In this document: piece by piece, positions 1-13,256 of the stretch
Position numbering within the stretch: the first letter of the stretch is position 1
Layout of the letters: each line of letters opens with the position of its first letter
DNA from: Lama glama
Lineage: Eukaryota
Direction: 5' to 3'
Assembly (NCBI GenBank): GCA_028534125.1
Contig: CM052817.1
Location: 47,928,001 to 47,992,000, forward strand
DNA length: 64,000 nt
Made by a program: the position numbers and the translations under genes
Notes under the pieces: generated by a model
What the model saw: only the letters and a program-made list of their open reading frames with translations
Told to the model about the DNA's origin: nothing
The model's database searches: none

Positions 1-865
1 TGTGTCCAAAACTAAACTCTTCAGCTTCTCTTGAAAAACTGCACCTCCTCCAGTTTCCATCACCTGAGTAAACCACCCCTCTGCTCCTGCTCTTTTCCCC
101 ACTCATGCCTGAAGCCTGGTCATCCTGAACAGCTCTTCCCCCAGCCCCCCAAATACCAACTGCACCGAAACCATCACCAGACCTGCCCATGCTACTTCCC
201 AAATGCATTTCCACCCTCTCCCTTCTGTCTCCATTGCCCCCACCTGGTCTACATCTCCCTGGGAGACCACAGCCTCTTCAGGGTGCCCCAGGTTCTCCCC
301 AGAGTATTTTGTGAGGGAAACTAGCATCAGGTCACACCTCAAACTAAAAACATTAATGGCTTTCCACTGCAGGTTTTACAATCCACAAAATTTCTTAAAT
401 TCAACATGACATGGCCCTAGGCTATCTCTTAAATCTCATCTCATACTATTCCTCCCCCATCACCCCTATTCCTGCATCCTAAAAGCTGGCTTAATAGAGC
501 CAAGTCCTTTCTGGCCTCACACCTACACTCATACTGTTTATTCTGTGGGCACATCTTCTCTGTTTAATTTCTACTCAGTCTTCAGGACTTGGGTGAATAT
601 CACTTTTTCAGAAACACTTTTCTACCTCCCACTCTAAATTAACACCCTCTTCATCCTCTTTCTGATCTCACAATTACTGTCTTTCTTAAGGCTTATCTTT
701 ATTTATTTATTTATTCATTTGTGTAATTATTTGCTAAATTCTCAATTTCTCACTAGACTATGAATCCCACGAGGTCAGACAGCATCTCTGTTTTGGTTGC
801 AGTATTGCATAACTAATCTGACTGGCACAGAGTACACACTTAAAAATATTTATAAGATGAATAAA
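1..865 (+). mobile_element. L2 LINE 3' region, degenerate
   Basis: tgtccaaaactaaactc, cactagactatgaatcccacgaggtcagac, ctggcacagagtacacacttaaaaatattt. Confidence 0.65.
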
Positions 866-1059
866 CTCCTTCAGAAAATATTTATCCTATTATGTTTGGG
901 GTGTTGGATTAAGTTCCAGGACTGTATCTAAGAACACATGATCTTTCATGGGGGACATATAATCAAATAATCATCATAATAGCAATAACTAGCATTTTGA
1001 CAATTTGTGTTAGGTGATGCATTATCAAAATCCACCTTTATAACAACTCTATGATGTTG

Positions 1060-1190
1060 ATACAATTCTGTTGTTATGCCCACTTCACAGATGAGGAAAC
1101 TGAGATTCATCAAGCAAAGTAATTTGTCTGAAGTTACACAGCCAGTCAGAGGCAGAAGTTTAATGGCATGTGCTCTAAATACTCTCCACA
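1060..1190 (+). mobile_element. MIR SINE
   Basis: Core cccacttcacagatgaggaaactgag. Confidence 0.75.
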
Positions 1191-1599
1191 GAGGCAGGAA
1201 AGACATACCTGTCCTTGGCGAGTTGGGAAAGATTTCCCTTAAAAGTAACACTTAATCTGCATCTTAAAGAGTGAGTCAGAGGTTTCCAGATAGAAAAGGG
1301 GGTGAGGGCATGGTGGGAAGAAGAAAAAGCAGACATTAGTGAGTGAGAGGGCACAGCATGTTCTTTTGTAGGACAAAGAGTTCATAGGAGTTGAAGTGCT
1401 AAGTCACATGGTAGAAAGTCCTCTGAAAGGAGGCAAAATAAATAGGTTGGGAACAGACTGAGAAAGTCCTGTGGTATCTCTAATCTGATCACTGGAAAGC
1501 CAGTGGTAGTTTTGATCTAATAAAAATAAAAATATTCCAGGGAACTTCCTGTCTCTTAAAATGCTAGGTCCATCAATTCTATCACAGAAAAAGCAGAAG

Positions 1600-1655
1600 T
1601 TATTAAAACACATGGATAATAAAGCCAGACTTATTAAAACACATGGATAATAAAG
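1600..1655 (+). repeat. 25-bp perfect near-tandem duplication with 6-bp spacer
   Basis: ttattaaaacacatggataataaag at 1600-1624 and 1631-1655. Confidence 0.95.
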
Positions 1656-2579
1656 GACAAAATATTAGAAATTACTAATTACTAATAAACCAACAGCTCT
1701 CTTCCTCTTCCCTTCACTTTCTTCCCTGGACGTGTCAGTCCCAGACAATCAGGTGCAGCCGAGCATGGTGGTGCCCTCCTTAGCATAGGAGAACCACAGG
1801 GACCCAGAGCAAGATTTTGGAGCAAGATCAGGATGACATGAGTCCACCCAGGCAGAATGAGGAGGGTGTGTTTGTGTGAAGGGTATGCCCGGTATGCAGA
1901 ATTGGAGCCCAAGTTGGGTGAGGAGGTCTGGGCATGGGGGTGACTCAGTGCAGGGTGTCAGAGCCCAAGTCGGGTGAGCAAGGTTTCTGGGTGGGAGAGT
2001 TTGTAAGAGCCCAACTGGAGTAGAGAGGGTGCCCATATGGGGGAGAGGGACATGGCAACAGCCTAGCATTGGGACTTAAAACCTGAATGGTGTGAGGACA
2101 ACATCCCTGGAAGAAAAGCGGGCAGGATCAGAGATGGGAGTGAGTTACATACATGCAGATTAATCAATAAATAATAAGTATATAAAGGGCAATGGTCCAG
2201 GTTTTTCACTGCCAGAGAATGGAGTTACCAGTATGGAAAGAAACCCTATGGTGTTAGTTGGAATTGAAGGCTTCAATGTAAACTCAGTATTTTACAAAAT
2301 TATCTACATGATTATAGAGAATAAATACAGATGTGTGTATATGTGAGTATGTGTGTGCACATACACGTATTTCAGCTCTGTCCACTAAGATGGCATGATA
2401 AGGGCAAAAGCAACTTGTGCATCTAGCACCCAGGCCTTCCTTTCTAAAGACCTTTATCCACTAGAGACAGGGCTTCTTGAAAGAAATAGCTGATTCCAAG
2501 GCTGAGGAAGAAAAAGCATAAGATGAACCTAAAATACTTTATGCAGCTGAAAGTGAGGAAGTGTTCCAAAAATGATGAG

Positions 2580-2815
2580 TTCAAAAAGACACATGCACTC
2601 TAACGTTCATAGCAGCATTATATACAATAGCCAAGACATGGAAACAGCCTAAATGTCCATTGAAAGATGCCTGGATTAAGAAGTAGTGATATATTTACAC
2701 AATGGAATACTACTCAGCCATTAAGAAGAATAAAATAATGCCATTTGCAGCAACATGGATGGATCTGGAGGTCGTCATTCTAAGTGAAGTGAGCCAGAAA
2801 GAGAAAGAAAAAAAA
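2580..2815 (+). mobile_element. Internal fragment of young L1
   Basis: Near-identical to 6921-7150; ORF 2702..2935 begins with L1-derived [10 protein letters not shown]. Confidence 0.9.
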
Positions 2816-3907
2816 TGTACTACCCAGGTACGGAATGAGATAATGGAGGAGACAGCATGTGAGGGGCAGAGAATACACAGGAATCATCTATACTATCCTC
2901 CCAATTGGGCTGTGTACTTAAAACTGCACTTTTAAAAAGTCTTTTAAAAATAAAATAGAAAGGCATGAGTCCATATTAATATAAGGAATTAAGTAAATAA
3001 ACAAATAAATTAAAAGTAAAACTATCATAAAAAAGAGGATTTTACATAGTCTCAAAATACCTTCCCATGATAAAAATACTTACTAAATACAAAGGGAAAA
3101 ATAGTAACATAGCAGTGAACAACACTGGCAGATACCACCTTACTAAAGCGATTAAAGTGAACACCACCAGCACCAGGACAAAATGCACCTGTGCCCCACT
3201 GGACAAAATGCAAAGGAAAGAATGCAGCATCACTTTTGCGGCATTTCTGTCAAAGATGCATAACCTGAATCGAAAGATAAGGAAATATTAGACAATCCTC
3301 CATAGAAGGATATTCTATAAAATAAGTAGCCTATAGACTTTAAAAGTGTCAGGATCATCAGTCAAGGAATGACTGGCTCCAGGTTGAAGGAGACTAAAGA
3401 GACAAGACAACAAAACGCAACACGCAATTTTGAAGTGCATCCTTTAGCTACAAAGGATATTGCTCAAATGTGGTCTGAGGATGAGGCATCAATGTCTATT
3501 TCCTAACATCAAGGGTTGTGCTGTGGCCGTGTCCCTCTTTGTAGGAAATACACATTCAAGTATTCCAGGTGCTGAAGCAGATCAGCAACCTGCTCAAAAT
3601 AGGTTCAGGAAAAAAGAAGTTCTTTGTACTCACTGTAATCCAACTCTTTGGTGGTTGAAATAGTTCTTTTAAATAAAGAAGCAAACAAACAAGTACTAAT
3701 ATCACCTTGGTGTGTCAGCTCCAGTCTCCAGAACTCAGCTTGAACTCAACTGTTAACACAGGAGAATCTTCAAACTCGAAACCCTGGCAACATATTGCTT
3801 CCCTTAGCAACTTACCAAACATCACATTCATTCTTCTTAAACACACATCCTTAACAAATTATATTAGGTTTCTGACCTTTCCAGCCAATTATTTATTACA
3901 TCATCAC

Positions 3908-4387
3908 TGTAGAGGCTGACAGATCAAAGACTACCAGAAGCACACCTGTGAAAACAGAACAAAAAAAATACAGGTGAGTTTATTTAGTTTGCACAGGAAG
4001 AGAGACTGCATAACTTGGGGACCACAGGAGCATCTGAGCGGGGGGAGCTGAGAAAGGCTTCTTACAGGATTTGAGCTCATGGCGGGTGATTCTAAGGAGA
4101 AGTTAAGGAAGCAGGGGCCAGTTCTGGATTGGAAGCTCTCAAGAAGCAGGGACAATTCAGTGACTGGGAATCTTAACACTTTTCCTCCAAAGAGATGAGA
4201 AGATTAAATAAGCCTAGACTTGCCATCGGTAAAGAAGCTGCAGTCTTTCACAGTCATCAGAAGGGAGGGTGTTTCCTCATTTCTGTTGTCACGTAGTGGC
4301 CTCGTCTACGGCCTGTTCTCTGGATTGTTTATGTCCGATCGGGAATATTTGGTCTGGCTGTCAGCAGGGCCACTTTTCAATTTCTCA
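3908..4387 (-). mobile_element. Probable ERV1-class solo LTR (family uncertain)
   Basis: TG...CA termini, minus-strand AATAAA (~3978-3983) and LTR-like layout; no TSD seen. Confidence 0.55.
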
Positions 4388-5188
4388 CCAGAGAAGTAGG
4401 TAAGAAGATAAGCAGTACTGTAAAAGGCAACACAGTGTAAACAGAGGATGTAATCACTGACTGCCTGTTACTAAGGGAAGAGTTAAAAAGTCACCAGGAG
4501 ACTGCAGGGAATAACAGAATGTAGCAGCCTCTAAAATATTCCTTAACCTCTCTCCCAAACATCTGCTACTCTCATCAACCCCCATCCCCACATTTGCAAA
4601 GGATATAACCTAGTCTCACATTTCATGACTGAAATAAGGGATCAGTGGTAACCTTCCCTTAGCCCTGACATACCCTTAGTCTTTCTCTCCTCTCCCTCTT
4701 TTCTCTATGCTGTGCACGCATGATATGCATGAGAGAGAGCTCACAGCCATGGGACAAGTCTTCATCAACAAAGAATAGAAGTGAGTGCGTAACTCTCCCC
4801 CTCTTTTTCCCTCTGAAAGACAATTCTGAAACACATCCTACGTGGCCTCTCGCGGTCCCAGCAAGACCAAGCCCCAGCCGCCCACAGCAGGCACAGAGGC
4901 AACAACATACTGTTTTACTGCTTTGCCTTCTTTCTCTATTTCCCTTGTCCCAGTCACCCCCTCCTATCTCCAGGGGGCATTTCTCAAATGAAGTACCTTA
5001 TCTCTGGCTAAGAGCCTGGGGGAAAGCCAGACTGAAATAGTAACTCTGAAAAAGCACTTTTTTTAAAAGGAGTGATTCAGCTTTTCTTCCCTTCAACTCT
5101 TCCTAAGACCACAGTTGACTCAAAACTCTTCCTAGCCTAGTTTATTCAAAGCTACAAATGTAGCTGTCAGAATTCAACAATAGGTATG

Positions 5189-5593
5189 TGTTATGGCCGG
5201 AGCTGTGTCCCCCCAAAACTCATCTGTTGAAGCCTTAACCCTCAGTACCTCAGAATGTCACTGTATTTGGAGATAAGGGCCTTTAAAGAGATGATTAAGT
5301 TTAAAGGAAGCCTTCAGTGTGGACCCTGCTTCAATCTGACTGATGTCCTTACAAGAAAAGGAAACCTGGACACACAGAGAGACACCAGGGATGCGCACAC
5401 ACAGACGAAAGGCCACGAGAGGACATAGTAAGAAGGGAGCCATTTGCAAACCAAGGCGAGAGGCCTCAGAAGAAGCCGAAACCTGCCAATACCTTATCTT
5501 AGACCCCTGGCCTCCAGACCTGTAAGAAATAAACTTGTTATTTGAATCACCCAGCCTGTGGTGTCTCTCATGTAGTCCTACCAAACTAATTCA
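5189..5593 (+). mobile_element. MaLR solo LTR (MLT1A/B-like)
   Basis: tgttatgg...aaactaattca with internal AATAAA; 5-bp TSD GTATG (5184-5188 / 5594-5598). Confidence 0.9.
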
Positions 5594-6716
5594 GTATGTT
5601 ATCAGAAAATAGTATTTTTTACCTTTAACTAGTATGAGGCTTCCTTACCAATCAATCAAGAGATAATAGTTTTAGAAAGGTACAGAGGTTTAATTTCATA
5701 ATGATGGTCCTGAGTCATCAACAAAATCTGAAGTTATTTCTAGACTCTCTCTATATGACACTGGTATATTTTCTAAGATTTTGGACCTTAAAGACATAAA
5801 CCTCTTTTATCTGGGACTACAATTTATCAGAAACGAAAACTGTATAAATAATTTATCTCTATCTTGGCAGAATTTTCTAGCTTTCAGGTTTGGAAGAGGC
5901 ATGCTTTTCTGATGTTTCCAGAGAGAGAAGCATGACTGGACATGAATACTAAACATTGATAAACCTGAAAATGTTTACAGACTGTGGAAGGTATTTCAGA
6001 TTGTGGAATAAAGAGGCTGAATTACATTCAGTCCTTTTCTGTATTGAGTTATGCCTCATTACTTATTCTGGATCATAAAGAGTCCCCAGAACACTCTGCC
6101 AAAGACTCTCCTTTCCTCTTACTTTTCCTTTGACCCATTACCAACCAGTTGTGCAGGTGGATGAGCCACTGTTACACCAGCAGGAAGGAGAGATGGCAAA
6201 GGATGCGGATACAGGTGAGGCCAGCATGGCAGGGGCTGTGAGCTGAGCCTAAATGAATGAAAGGCAAGAGACTCTCTAAGGAGAAAAAATTATTTTAATT
6301 CCTTCTCCCATAACCCACAGTTGTAATGCAACATAGAGCAATCATTGGAAGATACTGTTATTATATGTAGAAATTAATATCATAAGAAGAAATTTTATCT
6401 AAAACTCTTAGGATAGGAGGCTGGGACACAGACATACAAATTAATATACATCAACAGCTGAGTAACTGCTACTTGACACCAACACAGCATCACTGACCAC
6501 ATTTTCTAAAATAGAGCCTTAAATCCTGAGTCACAGTACTTATTTTTGAGGAAAAAAAGAACAAATATTTCTAAGGAACTCTTCAGTCAAGTTTGAGTGT
6601 ATTGCCTGAAACTGATTCCATCAAATAAAGTGTCTATCATGGAAACAAACTATTGTGTAATTCTGTGATAATAGGCAAAGATAGAAAAGTGACTTCAGCA
6701 GAAATGACACGACCTG

Positions 6717-7497
6717 CAGAAAGGCTATCATTAAAAAGTTCAGAAATGATAAATGCTGGAGAGGATGTGGAGAAAGGGAAACCCTCCTACACTTATGGTG
6801 GGAATGTAAATTGGTGCAGCCATTATGGAAAATGGTATAGAGAGCCCTTAAAAAACTAAAAATAGACTTACCATATGATCCAGCAACCCCACTCCTGGGC
6901 ATATACCCAGAAGAAACTAATTTGAAAAGACACATGCACCCCAATGTTCATAGCAGCACTATTTACAATAGCCAAGACATGGAAACAGTCTAAATGTCCA
7001 CTGACAGATGCCTGGATAAAGAAGTTGTGGTATAGTTATACAATGGAATACTACTCAGCCATAAAAAGAATAAAATAATGCCATTTGCAGCAACATGGAT
7101 GGACCTGGAGATCATCATTCTAAGTGAAGTAAGCCAGAAAGAGAAAGAATAATACCATATATCACTTACGTGTGGAATCTAAAAAAAATAACACAAATAA
7201 ACTTATTTACAAAACAGAAACAGACTCATGGACATGAATGTCAAACTTATGGTTACTGAGGGGAAGGGAAGAGTGGATAAAGTGGGAGTTCAGGATTTGC
7301 AGATCCTAACTACTGTATATAAAATAAACAACAAGGTCCTACTGTATAGCACAGGGAACTGTAGTCAATACCTTGTAGTAGCATATAATGAAAAAGAATA
7401 TGAAAAGGAATATATATATATATGTATAACTGAATCACTATGCTGTACACCAGAAATTAACACAACATTGAAAACCAACTATACTTCAGTTAAAAAA
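6717..7497 (+). mobile_element. 5'-truncated L1 (ORF2 end plus 3' UTR)
   Basis: Typical L1 3' sequence. 17-bp TSD agaaatgacacgacctg (6700-6716) / agaaatgacatgacttg (7498-7514). Confidence 0.93.
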
Positions 7498-10400
7498 AGA
7501 AATGACATGACTTGATAAACATGTCATATCTAGATCTAGATATGCAGGCCTGGGTAAGCTTACCTGCACATCTAAATAAGCAGACCTGACCTGAAGAGCA
7601 CATGCTGAAAATCCACAAGCCTATTGTCTGTGTGATCCCAAAAAGGACAGTCACAAACGGCACAACACTTCTCCAGAGGGGTTTTTGAACTTTTATCTAT
7701 TCCAGATGGAAGACTACAAGGCCTTTTGATATCCCACTATTTAATTTGTTGGATGTGTTTATAAGAATTGAGAGGCCATTCTTTAAAGGACATATGAAAG
7801 TGTAAATTACTCTGGGCTCCATTGGTTCAAGCCATGTGTATGTGATGTGAAATAATTACATAATTTATTCAAGAAGAGTAGTGAGATTACTAGTTAGTAA
7901 TCATTCGGGTGCTGGATCACTTTCATTTGGTCATCAATTTTTAATACCAGTTGAGATATTTACTTAAATGGCATATTTAATTAACACAGATAAAGAAGAA
8001 ATAAGTCATCAACAGAAAAAGAGGGGGCCATTAAAGGTTATCTAAATCACTATCTAGCATGATAGATGGAAAGTAACCACATGCTGGGTTCAGTAACAAC
8101 CAGGCTTCAAGTCTAAGCTTCAAAGATTACTCTGCAATACAAATGTGTTCCTTCTTACCACAATCTGTGCTGCTTTTTATACTCTGCCAGTGGGCAGACC
8201 ATTTTTTTTCTTTATTCTTTCTTGACTTCATGCTTTCTTCCTCACATTCTAAAGGCACATTTATGTTGTAGACAATCTGTGAAGAAGGTGGAGTAGATAG
8301 AACAGAAGGAACCTCAGAGGCCAGCATCTGAAACAATGAACAGTTAAATGTTTGAACATGATGGTCTGGAAAATAATAAAAGCCTATCTTGAAAACTCAG
8401 ATCCATATACCAGACAACTAACCATAAAACAGACAAGGGCCAGGATACACCAGAAAGTTCTGGAATGACTGATGGTTACTAATAAACAGGCAATGCCATG
8501 TACAAGTAGGACTTAAATAGGACAGTACTCAATTATTCAAAAAAAAAAAAGGCCTTGGATTCTACCTCTCTACTTGAATCAGTGCTGAACAAGACAACAG
8601 AAACACTAATACAATTTCTCTATAAATGAGTAAATACACTAGTGTGGGATAATATCCTCTGCATATGACAGCAACCCAGTAATGTAATTACTACTACTGC
8701 TCTCAGAAAGTGGAGATGATTTTCCTTGCTTCCTCCCGGATTTGGGAGTGCATGTGGTCTGGTAGAAACAGACACTGAATTCACACATACCCGCTGGCCA
8801 CTGACATGTAATCTTGGCAAGCTGCTTAACCTGAGAACTAGTTTTTTTCATCAATAAAGTATGGTTAATAACATCCAATAGGGCTACTTCCAAGAGGCTG
8901 GTCACATTTGGAAGTTGCTCCAAACTTTAAAATAAAAAATGCACTTAAAGCAGATAACTTAGTAGATAGCTACATGATAAATATTAGTTTCCATCTTTTT
9001 TTCCCTCCCCTTGTACCTGTTTCCCTGTTGATCATCATAATGAACAAAGGAGATGAGTTAATCAACAACCACTTAGGCTAGAGCAGTCAAAACAGTTGGA
9101 CATTTCAACTCTGCCGAGTAGAATCCCCATAGCAGAGATACTTGGGGAGCTAGTTCTCCCCTAGTCACATTTTCTGCAAGAGGTACATTTTCAACAATTT
9201 TTGTAAAACTACCATGTTGACATGAAGGATAACAGAGAGTCAAGTATGGGAGTAAGAGCCCCAAACTGGGGTTAGAAGTCAATCAAGGTTGCTGTATACT
9301 CAAGACCTGGCTTTTCCCATCCAACCACGGAGGGAGAAGAAGTCCTGAGGCTTGGTCACGCTCAGGCTCGCTCCTCCAAAATAGTGCTGGAACTGGTTCC
9401 TCCGTCAAGGCAAAATTATCCCAAACCAGTATTAAAAGTTCTGGCCCTCAATCCTTTTTTAAAAAACTAGAGTAACAAGATGGAACTTTATGGCAGAGCG
9501 TAGGAATACACAGGAAGAAAATACAAGCAAGTGCTAACTTTCCTGCCCTGATGCAACCCATTTAGATGTGACTTAAAATCTCTAAATATCCTGTTTCGTC
9601 CAATAGCAGATCTCCCCTGATCTTTAGTGATCTTTCTTGTGAATACTCAAGATTATCGCATAACAAGTCATGCTTGTCGCGTGCTTCAACTCAAAATGGG
9701 GAGCGGGCAGGGGGAAAGAAGCAGACGACATGTTTGAAGCATAATTAAACACATGCTGGCAGTCTCCGGCTCTCTCTCAGCAGAAAACTTGGGCAGCCAA
9801 GTTTCCACAATATTTGTAGGGAAACAGATACTCTATAACCACAGGCTTATGCTGCTCTCATAATGATTTCATCAAAGTCCTCCAACCCTCCTGACGTGTT
9901 GAGAGAATTATGAATTCTGTGACAGACATGCATAGCAGAGGGGAAGCCTACCGTGGGATTCAGGAACCAAGAACTCAGGAGGAGCAGGGCCAGATAGTGA
10001 TCTTGAGTGAACACACTGCTTTGCACAGTTTATTTCCTCATATAAAAGCCAGAGCTCCAAATTTTTACAGGAGTTTATGAAGATAAATTGGGTATCAGTT
10101 TTCAAACTCTCTCTAATCATCCAAGCCTTTTAGCCTTTTAGTCTCGCTCCATCTGCTTACACATCCTCATTTACCCTCTTTCTCTCCATTGTATGATGAG
10201 CTTGAAACCACATTCCAAGTGTCAAGACGCTGAACCCCTGTTTCAGGACTGATGACCTTATTCAGACCCTCCCATTCTCTTTACTCTCTACAGACCTGAT
10301 GTGAAGGACTGACTGGGAACAATCCTAGATTAAAACATAACACTATTTTACTTACATGGGTCAAGATGTAGAGGTCAAGATGTAGAAATTAGACAATTCC

Positions 10401-10824
10401 TGAAGAAAATACTAAAACAATGTTCCACTAAGATGAAAAAAGTCCATTTATTTGAAAGATGGCTGTTAATTACAGAAATGTGTAATTACCTGTATTTTGG
10501 CCAGCACAATAAATTGAAAAGAAATAATAAGGATTAATAATAAAAAACAGTAGAATTAGTTTACACTCGAACAGAGATTTATTTCTTCAGCTTATCTAAA
10601 ATCAGGGTAAATACTTTAATTTATGGACAGCCACCATATCTGCTACTCCTGTCTTGCAAGTCAACATGTTCCCAAAAGGGAGTAGGTTTGTTGGAGCAGA
10701 ATGGAAAATGCAAGGGTAAGCCATGATTTTCTGTAAAAGGTCAGACAGTAAATATTTTAGGTTTTGTGGTCCATACCTATGGTGTCTGGTCTCTGTAGCA
10801 ACTCCTTACCTCTGTCATTGTAGC

Positions 10825-11056
10825 CTGAGAGCTCGTTTGGGGGCTCTGGCGGGGAAGCACAGCTATTTGCATACCCTTGACCAAGAAGAATGGTTCTCCT
10901 CTATCAGGGAAGGTCACCCTCTTCGACCCAGTGCACAGCTTCAGGAGGGACGCACATGGAGTGGTGAGGGAGGAAGGGGACACACGCCCAGCCAGACAGA
11001 TCAGCCGAATCAACCCTGGCGATCAGTGGGGTGACAGATGTCGCAGCCCCTCATCT
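10825..11056 (-). pseudogene. RN7SKP: 7SK snRNA retropseudogene, 3'-truncated and tailless
   Basis: Reverse complement reads GCTGCGACATCTGTCACCCCACTGATCGCCAGGGTTGATTCGGCTGATCTG...CAAACGAGCTCTCAG, i.e. roughly the first 240 nt of 7SK. Flanked by a 12-bp TSD: tgtcattgtagc (10813-10824) / tgtcatggtagc (11057-11068). Confidence 0.95.
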
Positions 11057-11214
11057 TGTCATGGTAGCTTAAAAGCAGCCATAGACAATACATGAAATGG
11101 ATGTGGTTGTGCTCCAATAAAACTTTGCTTATGGACACAAATTTAAATTTACTGTAACTTTCACATCACAAAATATTATTCTTCAAAAATTTTTTCAATC
11201 ATTTAAAAATTCTT

Positions 11215-11319
11215 GGGTGGAGGGAGATAGCTCAGTGGTAGAGCACATGATTAGCATGCGTGAAGACCTGGCTTCAATCCGCAGTACCTCTGTTTAAAAA
11301 AATTAGCAAATAAAAAATT
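11215..11319 (+). mobile_element. tRNA-derived SINE, camelid Vic-1 type
   Basis: A box tagctcagtgg, degenerate B box gcttcaatcc, A-rich tail. TSD aaaattctt at 11206-11214 and 11320-11328. Confidence 0.85.
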
Positions 11320-12483
11320 AAAATTCTTTGTTGTATGGTTTATGGGTCACACAAAAACTGTGTATGGTCCATGGCCTGTATTTGCCAATCCCTGATGTAA
11401 TGCAAGGAATAGGAGTCATATAGGCAGAAAATATTGGTCTGAATTGGGTAAATCATGAAATCTCTTTAGGTTTCAGTTTTTAAATCAGCCTCTTATGAGG
11501 GAAAAATAAAGTTATACATATGAAAATAATTTTAAACTATTATGTATTATACACATACTAGTTGCTGGTGACATTTATTTATACAGACCTTGCCGCATAT
11601 GTAAGTTTACCAAATGAAAACCCCAAAACACACAAAGAGCAGAGAAAGTCAAAATCATAAAGATAATAAATGCATACATACATAAGATCTACACAGTGTC
11701 AAAGCTGAGGTCTGATTTTTCTTCAAAATTGTTGACAGCCAGAGTGAAAGGGAAGTCTTCGATTCAACAAATATTTATTTTGTTAGTATTTGCTATGAGC
11801 CAACCATTGTTCTAGGTGCCAGGAATACAGCACTTAAAACAGAAAAAAAAAAGTCTTGGTTGTCATGGCACAAAATAGTCAATTATTTCTCTTTGATAAT
11901 AAGAAAAACATAACAATTCTTTAAGGGAAGTGAAGCCTTCTCTGATGTATAGCAATAACTTCACTTGTAGTTTCACAGGCAACACTGCTGTGCTATGAAG
12001 ACATACCAACGCAAGTGCAAGTATTTAATTTCTTCCTGCATAATTCAATGGAAACTAAGGACATCAAAGCTTGTCTCAGTAAAAGCAACCCTGCATAAAT
12101 TTGACATAGCCTAGTGCAAATGTGTCATCTTTAGCTGATCTAACTTAATCCAAGGATAGAATCTGGATTATTAGACAGAACTTATTTCTCAAAATCTGCA
12201 CCAAAATAATCTTGGAAGCTTCTGAATGTTCTAGGTTCTTGGACTGCATGCAATCCTAGTGAATCATAATCTTTGAAAATGGGCCTAATAACCCACATTT
12301 TGAAAGAGCTCCCTGGGATTTTCTTTTATACACCAAATTATGAGAACCTTTAACTTTGAGGAAGAATTTTCATACTGTTTTCATTCTTCAAGGGTTGTGA
12401 AATCAATTTAGAAGAAAAGCATTTTTTAAATGAAATAGGTCAAAATAAAATAGAAAGAATGGAACAACAAATACTAAAGTGTG

Positions 12484-13256
12484 AAACAATAAGTGCTAGA
12501 GAAGGTGTGGAGAAAAGGCAGCCCTCCTACACTGTTGGTGGGAATGCAGTTTGGTGCAGCCATTATAGACAATAGTATGGAGATTCCCCAGTAGACTAAA
12601 ACTAGACTTACCATATGATCCAGCAACCCCACTCCTGGGCATATATCCAGAGGGAACCTTAATTCAAAAAGGCACATGCACCCCAATATTTGTAGCAGCA
12701 CTATTTACAATAGACAAGACATGGAAACAGTCTAAATGTCCATCAACAGATGTCTGGATAAAGAAGTCGCAGTGTATTTATACAGTGGAACACTACTCAG
12801 CCATATAAAAGAATAAAATAATGCCATTTGCAGCAACATGGATGGACCTGGAGATTGTCATTCTAAGTGAAGTAAGCCAAAAAGAGAATGAAAAATACCA
12901 TATGAGATCGCTCATATGTGGAATCTAAAAATAAAGACAACCAAACTTATTTAAAAACAGAAACAGACTCATAAAGAAAACAAACTTATGGTTACCAGGC
13001 GGGAAAGTGCGTGGGAAGGGATAAATTGGGAGTTCAAGATTTGCAGACACTAATTAATATGTATAAAGTAGATAAACAACAGATTCATACTGTATAGCAC
13101 GGGAAACTATATTCAATATCTTGTAGTAACCTATTGTGAAAAAAAATTTGAAAATGAATATATGTCTGTTCATGTTATGACTGAAGCATTATGCTGTATA
13201 CCAGAAACTGACACAGTGTTGACTGACTACACTTCAATAAAATATATATAAAAAAT
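12484..13256 (+). mobile_element. 5'-truncated L1, same family as 6717-7497
   Basis: Homologous to the other young L1 3' ends. TSD taaagtgtg (12475-12483 / 13257-13265). Confidence 0.92.

Larger units (their letters stand above)
1520..3680 (+). mobile_element. Ancient L1 (L1MC/L1MD-like) 3' region with nested L1 pieces
   Basis: Degenerate old-L1 3' UTR blocks (aaccctatggtgttag, catctagcacccag, ggcagataccacctt, aatgcagcatcacttt). Boundaries and subfamily approximate. Confidence 0.6.
10711..11394 (+). mobile_element. MER58B-like hAT-Charlie DNA transposon, interrupted by the 7SK copy and a SINE
   Basis: ttttctgtaaaaggtcagacagtaaatattttagg ... aaagcagccatagacaatac ... ccaataaaacttt ... tttgccaatccctg match recalled MER58 consensus. 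Confidence 0.8.

Noticed and set aside
10359..10386. 14-bp tandem duplication ggtcaagatgtaga (similar ones at 48662-48683 and 49426-49450)
   Set aside because: Ordinary slippage duplications with no evidence of function and no CRISPR-like spacer structure.
11215..11300. tRNA-like sequences here and at 29088-29160 and 50045-50119
   Set aside because: A-rich tails, TSDs and degenerate stems mark them as SINEs, not tRNA genes.
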